Below are positions 51,233 through 58,795 of a stretch of DNA of 64,000 nucleotides, in pieces. The stretch is from NCBI GenBank assembly GCA_002862545.1, contig PKDJ01000181.1, positions 115-64,114 of the forward strand, written 5' to 3'. How positions within the stretch are numbered: the first letter of the stretch is position 1; every line of letters begins with the position of its first letter. The notes under the pieces are model-generated. The model was not told the DNA's origin, did no database searches, and worked only from the letters and a program-made list of their open reading frames with translations. Source of the DNA: Pseudomonadota bacterium. GTDB taxonomy: Bacteria > Myxococcota_A > UBA796 > GCA-2862545. A program made the position numbers and the translations under genes.

Positions 51233-52036
51233 TCACTGGAGGGGCGGGTGGAGCCTCTCGGTGTCGACGCAGGCGGTGAAGAGTACCTCGTCGTCCCGCG
51301 TGACGGCCGCGCCCCAGCGCTCCGGCTCGAGGGGCCAAGTCAGCACCTCCACCGTGTCGCCGGCGATCGCCTGGCCGATGTACCGGACCGCGGCACGGTG
51401 CAGGCTCGGAGAGGCGCCCTGGCTCGCCAGACTGTCAGCGACGAAGCGGACGTAGTGAGCGGCGTTGACGTGCGCGAAGATGTCACAGTCGGAGCTGCGG
51501 ACGCGCAGGGTGTGCCTGTGGGCACCTGCGGGCGGCTCCGTGGGCAGAGCCAGGTCGAGCGTGCCGGGCCGCAGCGGGCTCGGAGGGTCGAAGAGGGAGC
51601 CCGGTGTGCCTGGCTCGTCGGCGCCGCGCGCGGACACCAGGGGCTCCTCGGTGACGGCGCCGCGGGCGACGCGAGGAATGCGGGTCAGGCGACCGCCGGG
51701 CGCCACCCACACTCCCCGGATGTGGCAGTGGGCCAGGAGGACGCCATCGCTGCGAACCAGATCTTGTTCGGCGCGAGCCTCGACCCGCCCGACCTTGCGG
51801 AGCGCGCCTCGCACCTCGGCGGACACGCCCTGACCGAAGCGCCTGGAGAGCGCGACGACCTGCTCGGTGACGTAGAAGCCGTGGCCTGCGTGGACGGCCT
51901 CGACGAGGCCCAGCTCGGGCACACGGAGCCACTCCCAGCGGCAGTGCTCGAAGAAGCGCAGCACGGTCGGCAGTCCGACCCAGTGGTCGGATGCGCAGTC
52001 GATCCCGCGAGTGTGGAGGGGGCGGCTGTAGATCAT
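51233..52036 (-). CDS. Tandem hotdog-fold thioesterase (acyl-CoA/acyl-ACP thioesterase-like)
   Basis: Start taken at ATG 52036 (MIYSRPLHTRGIDC..). There are two 4HBT-like halves, each with the D...HV....Y..(F/Y) pattern (SDHWVGLPTVLRFFEHCRWEW; SDCDIFAHVNAAHYVRFV). Confidence 0.65.
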   Translation of the reverse strand: MIYSRPLHTRGIDCASDHWVGLPTVLRFFEHCRWEWLRVPELGLVEAVHAGHGFYVTEQVVALSRRFGQGVSAEVRGALRKVGRVEARAEQDLVRSDGVLLAHCHIRGVWVAPGGRLTRIPRVARGAVTEEPLVSARGADEPGTPGSLFDPPSPLRPGTLDLALPTEPPAGAHRHTLRVRSSDCDIFAHVNAAHYVRFVADSLASQGASPSLHRAAVRYIGQAIAGDTVEVLTWPLEPERWGAAVTRDDEVLFTACVDTERLHPPLQ

Positions 52037-52059
52037 GGAGGCCTCGTGACGCGGGCCTA

Positions 52060-53394
52060 TTACCCGCGGCGGAGCCCCGTGCCGCGCCGGCGTCGTGCCA
52101 CCGCCCCGCAGAGGAGCAGCGCGAGTCCTCCCGCGGTCGGAGGCGCTGTCACGCAGCCGCAGCCTCCGTTCGTCTCGTCGGACTTCGTGCCGGTGTCCAC
52201 TGTGCCGCCAGCGGGCTCGGCAGGCACGCCGTCTAGACTCGCCACAGCGATGTCGCCGAGGTCGGGACAGAGCTCGGAGTCGGGGGGATCGCACTCCACC
52301 TGGAAGGTGTGCTCCCAGGCCTCGGTGCTGGTCTGCCCGTCGATCAGCGACACGCCGGGCATCAGCCGCGCGGTGTACCAGCCTCCGGGCTCGAGATCGG
52401 CGTCTGGCATGAGTCGGATCAGGCGCGTGTGTCCCTGTCCCCACCGGTTGTTGCCCTGGGTGAAGGGGACGGCCGCGCCGTCAGGCCCCACGAGCTCGGT
52501 GAGACCGTCCTCGTAGCGCACTCCGGCTCCGAAGATCAGACTGGTCCAGCTGTCGGTCTGTGCGTGCTCGTGTCCCAGGAGTCGACGGGGGCTCTCCGGG
52601 TAGGCGAAGACGGTGACGTCGTCGGCCGAGAGCTCGCCGTGGAGGCGCTTCCAAAGGGCCTGCTGGTAGCGCATGGTCGGGAAGATCTCGGCTCGCAGGC
52701 TGCCGGGCACCACCGGGTCCATGTAGTGCACGCGCGTCCAGGGCAGGGACGGCCCGTGGAGGACCCCCATGCCCTCGGCCACCGACCAGCCGATGTCGGC
52801 GTTGACATAGACCGAGACCGTCAGATCGACCGAGTCACGGATCACGTCCTCCGTGATCTCCTCCTCAAGCCCCGCGTAGAGCTCGAGCAGGGTCTCCATG
52901 GGGATGTCCTCCTCCGGCTGGAAGCGCACGTGCTCGTCGAGCACGAGGAAGCCGTCGGTTCCCGGGTCGGCAAAGTCCTGACCGGCGCCGTCGCGCTCCT
53001 CGATCTGGTAGAGAAAGAGCGAGTCGAAGAGCGTGTCTTGGAGGCCGTGCGAGGCGCAGCCCATAAGGAAGGCCACCCGCTTGCGCGACTCCAGGGTGTT
53101 CCACGGCGGAGGGTCGTTCACTCGGATCCACTCGATGAAGTCCTCGATGAAGGGCTCCCAGTGGGTGTGCTCCGAGTAGGCGCGCGAGGCGGCTGAGTCG
53201 ACGGCGTAGCCCGTGTCGGTGAAGGCCGCGCCGAAGAGCAGGGCGTTGAAGACCTCCGGCTCGAGGAGGAACTGGCGAAGCTCGTCGTCGGGCATGTTCT
53301 CGACGGCCCAGCCGGTCACGTGGACGTGACCCCAGATGCCGTGCGCATCCGCAGTGGCTGGCGCGAGGAGAGCGAGGGCGAGCAGAGCGGTCAT
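52060..53394 (-). CDS. Secreted zinc-dependent phospholipase C-like metal hydrolase with MYXO-CTERM tail
   Basis: Start taken at ATG 53394 (MTALLALALLAPATADA). AHGIWGHVHVTGWA, FGAAFTDTGY, EHTHWEPF and GCASHGLQDTLFD resemble the Zn-dependent PLC family metal ligands. The C-terminus GGCGCVTAPPTAGGLALLLCGAVARRRR is MYXO-CTERM-like. Confidence 0.6.
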   Translation of the reverse strand: MTALLALALLAPATADAHGIWGHVHVTGWAVENMPDDELRQFLLEPEVFNALLFGAAFTDTGYAVDSAASRAYSEHTHWEPFIEDFIEWIRVNDPPPWNTLESRKRVAFLMGCASHGLQDTLFDSLFLYQIEERDGAGQDFADPGTDGFLVLDEHVRFQPEEDIPMETLLELYAGLEEEITEDVIRDSVDLTVSVYVNADIGWSVAEGMGVLHGPSLPWTRVHYMDPVVPGSLRAEIFPTMRYQQALWKRLHGELSADDVTVFAYPESPRRLLGHEHAQTDSWTSLIFGAGVRYEDGLTELVGPDGAAVPFTQGNNRWGQGHTRLIRLMPDADLEPGGWYTARLMPGVSLIDGQTSTEAWEHTFQVECDPPDSELCPDLGDIAVASLDGVPAEPAGGTVDTGTKSDETNGGCGCVTAPPTAGGLALLLCGAVARRRRGTGLRRG

Positions 53395-53491
53395 GGAGAC
53401 TCCGGACGGGCGGAGTGTACTCGCAGAAGGTGCAACAGTCCGAGCGGTGGCGGCGCCTGGTGATAAGGCGGGCGGAGCCGACGGAGCCTGG

Positions 53492-56191
53492 ATGCGGATT
53501 GACCGGACCACTGCTGCCGCCCTCGCGGTGATCGCTGCTGGAGCAGTGCTGCACCAGCTGTGGTGGATGGAGTGGTTCATCGAGGACGCGGCGATCAGCT
53601 TCGCCTACACCCGGCACCTGGTCCAGGGCGATGGTCTCGTGGCCTACCCCGGCGGAGAGCGCCTCGAGGGCTACTCGAACTTCACCTGGGTGATGCTCCT
53701 CGCGCCCTTTCAGCTGCTGGGGCTCTCGGGCTTCGAGTCGGCGAAGCCCGTCGCGGCCTTCCTCACGATCCTCACGGTGCCCCTGGTCTACGCCATCGCG
53801 CGGGAGGCCGATGACCGACGGGCGGTCGGCCTGGCCGCTGCGCTCGCCTTTGCTGTGCACAGTCAGGTGGCCCACTGGGCGGCCTCGGGTCTCGAGAACT
53901 CCCTGTTCTCCTTCCTGCTGGCGCTCGGGCTGTGGCGGATGATGGTCGAGGCGCGCACCGGCACCTGGCCCTGGTCGGCCCTCGCCTTCGCGGCCCTGTC
54001 GGCGACGCGCCCTGAGGCCATCCTGTACGGCGCGGTCGCGGGCTTCATCGCGATGGTCCACACCCTCGTCCACCGCCGCAGCCTGCGCCCGACCCTCGCC
54101 TGGCTCGTCACGTTCTTTGCCCCGTGGGGGGTCTACCACGCGTGGCGACTGTGGTACTTCGCCTGGCTTTTTCCCCAGACGTACTACGCCAAGATGAACC
54201 TGGTCGAGCCCGAGCCCTTCTCGTGGAACATCCGGGGCTGGAAGTACGTTCGCAACTGGGCCCACAACACGGGCACGGGCTACCTGCTGCCGATCTTCCT
54301 GCTCGCCGTGGCCGGTGGCTCGAAGTGGCGCGAGTGGCGAGTTCAGGCCGTGATTGGGGCGACGCTCCTCGCCACGATGGCGGTGTTGTTCGGCGTTGAG
54401 ATCCGGGCCCTGGTGCCTGCACTCCTCGGGGGCCTGGCCGCTCTCTTCTATGCCAGCTTCCGGGCTGGCTCCGAGCGGCCCTCCGCGAGGGCCACCGGCA
54501 TCGGAATCGGCGTCTTGGGGGTCGCAGCAGCCGCACTTCCCCTGGCCACCTGGGCCGGACTCTCGGTGCCCGAGCCGCCCGTGCCGACCTGGTGGACGGA
54601 GGTGCCCTCCTACACGCTCATCGCGATCGCTGCCCTCGTGCCCCTCGTCGGCCTTCGAGACGCCCGCGCCGAGGTGCGGATCACCTGCTGGGCGATGGCC
54701 TGCGTGTCTGTGTTCTTCGCCGTCTACAGCCAGGGGGACTGGATGGCGAACTGGCGCTGGATGAGCCTGCCCGCTGTGCCGATGTGCATCCTCCTCGGGC
54801 TCGGAGCCGCACGCTTCGCCGACCTGGTCGAGGATCTGTTCTCCGATGGTCCCTGGCAGACGGGCTGGTTCGGCCTCGTGGCCGTCCTCATGATCTCTGC
54901 AGGCGCACACATTGCACAGTCCGGTAGGACGAAGCGGGACATCGGGCCTGAGCTGATCAAGCGGCGGGTCGAGTACAAGCAGCGCGTGCTGGAGCGCATT
55001 CATCACCGTGGCCCGGTCGTCGATCTCGACGTCGACATGGGAGGCCACATGTACTGGCTGGATGCCGAGCTTCACGACATCGCCGGGCTCGTCGACATCT
55101 CCCTCGCGCAGCACAAGTTCGCGCGGAAGTTCATCCGGCCGTTCATCTTCGAGGAGGTCCGACCCCACTTTGCCCACATTCACGGGTCGTGGGCCAAGAG
55201 CTCGGGCCTGCCCTCGTTCCCCGAGTGGGACGACGACTACTTCGAGCTACCGAAGTACAAGATGCCCTCGGGCAATGGTCACCCCGGCAACTTCATGCGG
55301 CGCGACCTGATCATGCGGTCGGCCTGGGACGGTCCGCCCGAGCGCAAGCAGGCCTTCGGAGGTCTCCTGCTGGAGGGCTGGGAGGTGCCGAGTCCCGAGG
55401 TGGCCGCGGGCGGGGCATTCGAGCTTCACGTGGGCGCACGTGGACTCAAGGACGTGCGGATGGTGGCGTTCCTGGCACGGGCCGGCACGCTGGTGGCGAG
55501 CTGGGAGCTGCCGCTCGGCTACGACTGGCTCCCCCCCCGACGGTGGCGAAAGGACGAGGTCTTCCAGGGGATCTACGACCTGGACCTTCCGAACGACATC
55601 GCCAAGGGGAGGTACAACCTCGGGTTCGTCGTGTACGGGAAGGACGGCCGCGTGATGCCTGCGTCCAAGCCCTCGAGCCGTCCCGTCTTTGCAGAGGGGG
55701 AGGCTCGCTTCCTGGGCGCGCTCACCGTGGTCGACCGGCAGGAGCGGGATGCGCTCGCGCGGGCGGACCGTGAGGCCGCGCTGGCGACGGCGGACGCGGG
55801 GCGCTGCGAGGAGGCTGAGGGGCTCTGGAGTCAGGCGACTGCCCACCGGGCAGGGGAGCTGGAGTGGCGCGAGCAGCACCAGCCGCGGGTGAGCGCAGCG
55901 CTCGCTCGCTGCTGGGCAACGTCGGCGATCGACGCACCGGATGCTGTCGAGCGCCTCGTCCGGGCGCAGAGCTACGACCATCGGGTGCCCGAGGTGCAGT
56001 CCGTCGGCAGCGAGCTTGCTCAGCGGCTCGAGGCCGAAGGCATGGCGGCGTTCTCCCAGGGAGACTGGCAGGCCGCGTTCGAGTCACTCGATGCCGCGGC
56101 CAAGGCAGACCGGACCCGCTCTTGGGCCAGGAAGTATGCCGAGAAGGCGCGGGCGCTGTGGCTGGAGACCCCGCGGGTTCCTGGCTGGTAG
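53492..56191 (+). CDS. Polytopic membrane protein, GT-C-fold glycosyltransferase-like, with soluble C-terminal domain ending in TPR-like helices
   Basis: Start taken at ATG 53492. The first loop after TM1 carries IEDAAISFAYTRHLVQGDGLVAYPGGERLEGYSNFTW (an acidic ED motif as in GT-C enzymes). More than 10 TM helices over ~520 aa, then a soluble region and a helical-repeat tail. Confidence 0.65.
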   Translation: MRIDRTTAAALAVIAAGAVLHQLWWMEWFIEDAAISFAYTRHLVQGDGLVAYPGGERLEGYSNFTWVMLLAPFQLLGLSGFESAKPVAAFLTILTVPLVYAIAREADDRRAVGLAAALAFAVHSQVAHWAASGLENSLFSFLLALGLWRMMVEARTGTWPWSALAFAALSATRPEAILYGAVAGFIAMVHTLVHRRSLRPTLAWLVTFFAPWGVYHAWRLWYFAWLFPQTYYAKMNLVEPEPFSWNIRGWKYVRNWAHNTGTGYLLPIFLLAVAGGSKWREWRVQAVIGATLLATMAVLFGVEIRALVPALLGGLAALFYASFRAGSERPSARATGIGIGVLGVAAAALPLATWAGLSVPEPPVPTWWTEVPSYTLIAIAALVPLVGLRDARAEVRITCWAMACVSVFFAVYSQGDWMANWRWMSLPAVPMCILLGLGAARFADLVEDLFSDGPWQTGWFGLVAVLMISAGAHIAQSGRTKRDIGPELIKRRVEYKQRVLERIHHRGPVVDLDVDMGGHMYWLDAELHDIAGLVDISLAQHKFARKFIRPFIFEEVRPHFAHIHGSWAKSSGLPSFPEWDDDYFELPKYKMPSGNGHPGNFMRRDLIMRSAWDGPPERKQAFGGLLLEGWEVPSPEVAAGGAFELHVGARGLKDVRMVAFLARAGTLVASWELPLGYDWLPPRRWRKDEVFQGIYDLDLPNDIAKGRYNLGFVVYGKDGRVMPASKPSSRPVFAEGEARFLGALTVVDRQERDALARADREAALATADAGRCEEAEGLWSQATAHRAGELEWREQHQPRVSAALARCWATSAIDAPDAVERLVRAQSYDHRVPEVQSVGSELAQRLEAEGMAAFSQGDWQAAFESLDAAAKADRTRSWARKYAEKARALWLETPRVPGW

Positions 56192-56197
56192 GTGGTC

Positions 56198-57457
56198 TCA
56201 GGCCTCGGCTGTCGTCGGGATCACCAGCTCGACCTCGGCCTCGGGCGGCACGCCCAGCCACCCATTGGTCTCGACGACCTCGGGAGCCATGAAGACGAGG
56301 CGGTCCCGCGCCGGCTCGTCCGAGCTCGCGTCGTAGTCGAGGGCGCACACGCGCTGTGCGCGCTGTCCGTCAGCCTCCGCGAGTGTCACGACGGCACGTC
56401 TCAGCTGCCCGTCGTCGTCGAAGAGGTCGACCCGCACGAGGGCGATGGCGTCCGGCTCATCGCCGCTGGCCGCGATGGCACGGATGAGATCGTCGATCCC
56501 CACGCGAGGATCGCCGATCATGTGAAAGCGCTCGATGGAGCGACCACGAACCACGATCACCAGGACGCCGTCCAGGCCACCGCGAATGACCACGGGCTCG
56601 GCCAGCGCTCCAGCGACGGTGCTGGCCTCGGTCGCCGTTCGAGGCACGGACCAGTCCGGGGGAAGGGCGAGGAGATGACAGCCGAGGCTCGCCCGTACGG
56701 GAGGCTGGGCGGGCCTCAGTGGCAGCGGCGTGCCGGAGTGGCTCCAGCCAGGGAAGCCCCGCTGGAAGCCACTGTAGCGGGTCAGTGACCAGGGGCCTCG
56801 CGAGCCGAGGTTGCCCGGCAGGATGTGGAAGGGGCGCTCAGCGACCCATGCGCTGCCTTGAGCATCGCTGATCGCCGCATAGACCCGCGCGCCTGGCTCC
56901 TCGGGGAGCACCAGCAGGCGCTGCCGCACCTCGGGCCGTGAGCCCGCGTGGACGAAGGTTGCACAGTGCACCTCGGTCGAGGAGCCCTCGGGCAGCACGA
57001 GGTCTTCGACGTGGCTCTCGCAGACGAGGACCAGCCTCGGCTTCACGATTCCCGACAGGGAGAGCTCGCGCTCCACCATTCGCAGTACGCGGGCCCGGAC
57101 GCCGTCGACGTCGAGGGGCGCCGTGCCGTCGAGCGAGCGGAGGACGGGCTGGAGGGGGTCGAGCGGCGGGCGCGGGTCGGGCAGGAGCGGCGGACACGGC
57201 CAGCGCATGCCGCTCAGGGTGCGCTGCTGTCGGGCGGTCTCTTCGCCGTCCCAGAGCTCTCGAACCACCACGGCGCCAGTCGCCAGGTCGAGGTGGTAGG
57301 TGCGCGCCCCCTCGGTCGCTCCCGGCCGGAGCGAGGGGTCGAGGGTGATGGACGTGGTGGCCTGACCGGGAGACTCGTCGGCGAGCTGGGCTCGGTAGAC
57401 CAGGTCGCGAATCAAGCGGTCCTCGCCCGGGGGGGCTGGACCCAGGAAGTCGGCCAT
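56198..57457 (-). CDS. Hypothetical cytoplasmic protein (no recognisable family)
   Basis: 419 aa with high GC3. No signal peptide or TM helices. No motif recognised. Confidence 0.55.
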   Translation of the reverse strand: MADFLGPAPPGEDRLIRDLVYRAQLADESPGQATTSITLDPSLRPGATEGARTYHLDLATGAVVVRELWDGEETARQQRTLSGMRWPCPPLLPDPRPPLDPLQPVLRSLDGTAPLDVDGVRARVLRMVERELSLSGIVKPRLVLVCESHVEDLVLPEGSSTEVHCATFVHAGSRPEVRQRLLVLPEEPGARVYAAISDAQGSAWVAERPFHILPGNLGSRGPWSLTRYSGFQRGFPGWSHSGTPLPLRPAQPPVRASLGCHLLALPPDWSVPRTATEASTVAGALAEPVVIRGGLDGVLVIVVRGRSIERFHMIGDPRVGIDDLIRAIAASGDEPDAIALVRVDLFDDDGQLRRAVVTLAEADGQRAQRVCALDYDASSDEPARDRLVFMAPEVVETNGWLGVPPEAEVELVIPTTAEA

Positions 57458-57645
57458 CGGTGCTCCTCGGAGCGACAGTGTACTGTCGGTGGGCGCTTCA
57501 TCGTCGGGGCAATCGCGCGCCGCGGAGTGGCGCGAGGGACTCTGCGCTGCGGTCTACCGGCTCACGGTGGGTCCGAGGCGCAGGTCGAGTGAGGTGAGGC
57601 GCGTCGTGTCCCGCGCTCGAATAAACGAGGTCTCTGGAGGTGCGC

Positions 57646-58242
57646 ATGCGTGGACGAGGGTGGGTCGTGGCGGGACTGGTCGGCTTCGGTCTCGCCTGCA
57701 TGAGCGGTGAGGAGGCGCCTCCGAAGGAGCGCCCGGAAGCGGGCGACGAGCTGCGCGAGGATCGGCGCGAGGGCCGGCGGGGTACGCGGAGCGACCGGGG
57801 ACGCGCGGGTCGTGGAGGTCGAGGCGGGGCGCCGGCGGAGGATGCGCCCGGAGCCGAGCCGGCGCCGGCTCCGTCGCCCAGTCCGAGTCCTGCTCCCGGT
57901 GGTGGTAGCTCCGATGCAGCACCCTCGGGGATCGTCGATCTTGGTGGCGGTACCTGGTCGGTCGAGCGCCGGCTGGTCTCCAAGTGGGAGGACAACCCGG
58001 CCAAGCTCGCGCAGGCCTCCCAGAAGGGCCAGGGCTGGGAGCTCTCCAAGGTGAAGAAGGGCGATGCCCAGCACCTCGGGATGCTCAACGGCGACGTGCT
58101 GAAGACGGTGAACGGCTATGGGCTCGGCTCGCCGACCGAGCTTGCCATCGCCTACGCGGCCCTCGGCGACGCGAACAAGCTCACCGTGAAGTTCAAGCGC
58201 GACGGCGAGAGCCTCACCCACGTGTACAAGATCGTCGACTAG
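57646..58242 (+). CDS. Lipoprotein with GspC-like PDZ domain
   Basis: ATG 57646 lies 5 nt after a GGAGG (GTG 57640 is an alternative). Lipobox GLAC. A low-complexity basic/Pro-rich linker is followed by ..HLGMLNGDVLKTVNGYGLGSPTELAIAYAALGDANKLTVKFKRDGE.., typical of the T2SS GspC PDZ region. Confidence 0.55.
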   Translation: MRGRGWVVAGLVGFGLACMSGEEAPPKERPEAGDELREDRREGRRGTRSDRGRAGRGGRGGAPAEDAPGAEPAPAPSPSPSPAPGGGSSDAAPSGIVDLGGGTWSVERRLVSKWEDNPAKLAQASQKGQGWELSKVKKGDAQHLGMLNGDVLKTVNGYGLGSPTELAIAYAALGDANKLTVKFKRDGESLTHVYKIVD

Positions 58243-58348
58243 GCGCCACTCGGGTCCTCTCGTCGCAGGACTTGCTCGACGGAGGGGCGCCGGGCGTGTA
58301 GGCGAGGGCGGGGACACGCTCGCGCGCTGGTCCCGTCTGGAGGGTCTG

Positions 58349-58792
58349 ATGCGTGTCGTGCTCCTCGCTCTGCTGTTCGCGGCCTGTGGTGACAAGGAGA
58401 GCGCCACCGACTCGGGTGCTGCTCTGGCCTCCACAAGTGAGACTGAGACCACGGACGACGGCGCCGACCGCATCCTGGCGTGTCTGGCCGAGCGCTGGGT
58501 GCAGCAGACGTGCTCGGGGTGCCACCTCGAGGGCAGCCACCTCGACCTTCGCTTTGACGCCCTCGAGTCGCTGGTCAGCAACGATCGGGAGTTTCACCCT
58601 GGGCCGATCGTCGTTCCGGGTGATGCGGATGCGTCGCTGCTCGTCCGCAAGCTGGAGGCCAAGGTCGGCCTCGTCACCCTCGGGCCGGACGAGGGAGAGC
58701 CGATGCCGCTCGACTCGGAGATCACCGAGGCCGACGCCCAGCTGATCCGCGACTGGGTCGAGGCCGGGGCGCTGGTGCCCAGCGGCTGCTGA
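58349..58792 (+). CDS. Lipoprotein with planctomycete-type cytochrome c (PSCyt1-like) domain
   Basis: 147 aa. Lipobox LLFAAC. Heme-binding CSGCH followed by ..LDLRFD..L....IVVPGDADASLLVRKL...MP....ITEADAQLIRDWVEAGA, collinear with the PSCyt1 pattern. Confidence 0.6.
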   Translation: MRVVLLALLFAACGDKESATDSGAALASTSETETTDDGADRILACLAERWVQQTCSGCHLEGSHLDLRFDALESLVSNDREFHPGPIVVPGDADASLLVRKLEAKVGLVTLGPDEGEPMPLDSEITEADAQLIRDWVEAGALVPSGC

Positions 58793-58795
58793 CGG

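Noticed and set aside
51188-52516. 442-aa plus-strand ORF, and the long form (51233..52444) of the minus-strand ORF
   Set aside because: The region is better explained by two minus-strand genes. One is the thioesterase starting at ATG 52036. The other is the 3' end of the PLC-like gene with its MYXO-CTERM tail. The upstream part of the long minus ORF is Arg-rich junk in the frame overlapping that tail.
52865-55183. 772-aa minus-strand ORF
   Set aside because: Antisense to the GT-C-like membrane protein (53492..56191) and to part of the PLC-like gene. The sequence is Arg/Pro/Gly/His-rich low-complexity, typical of a high-GC shadow ORF.
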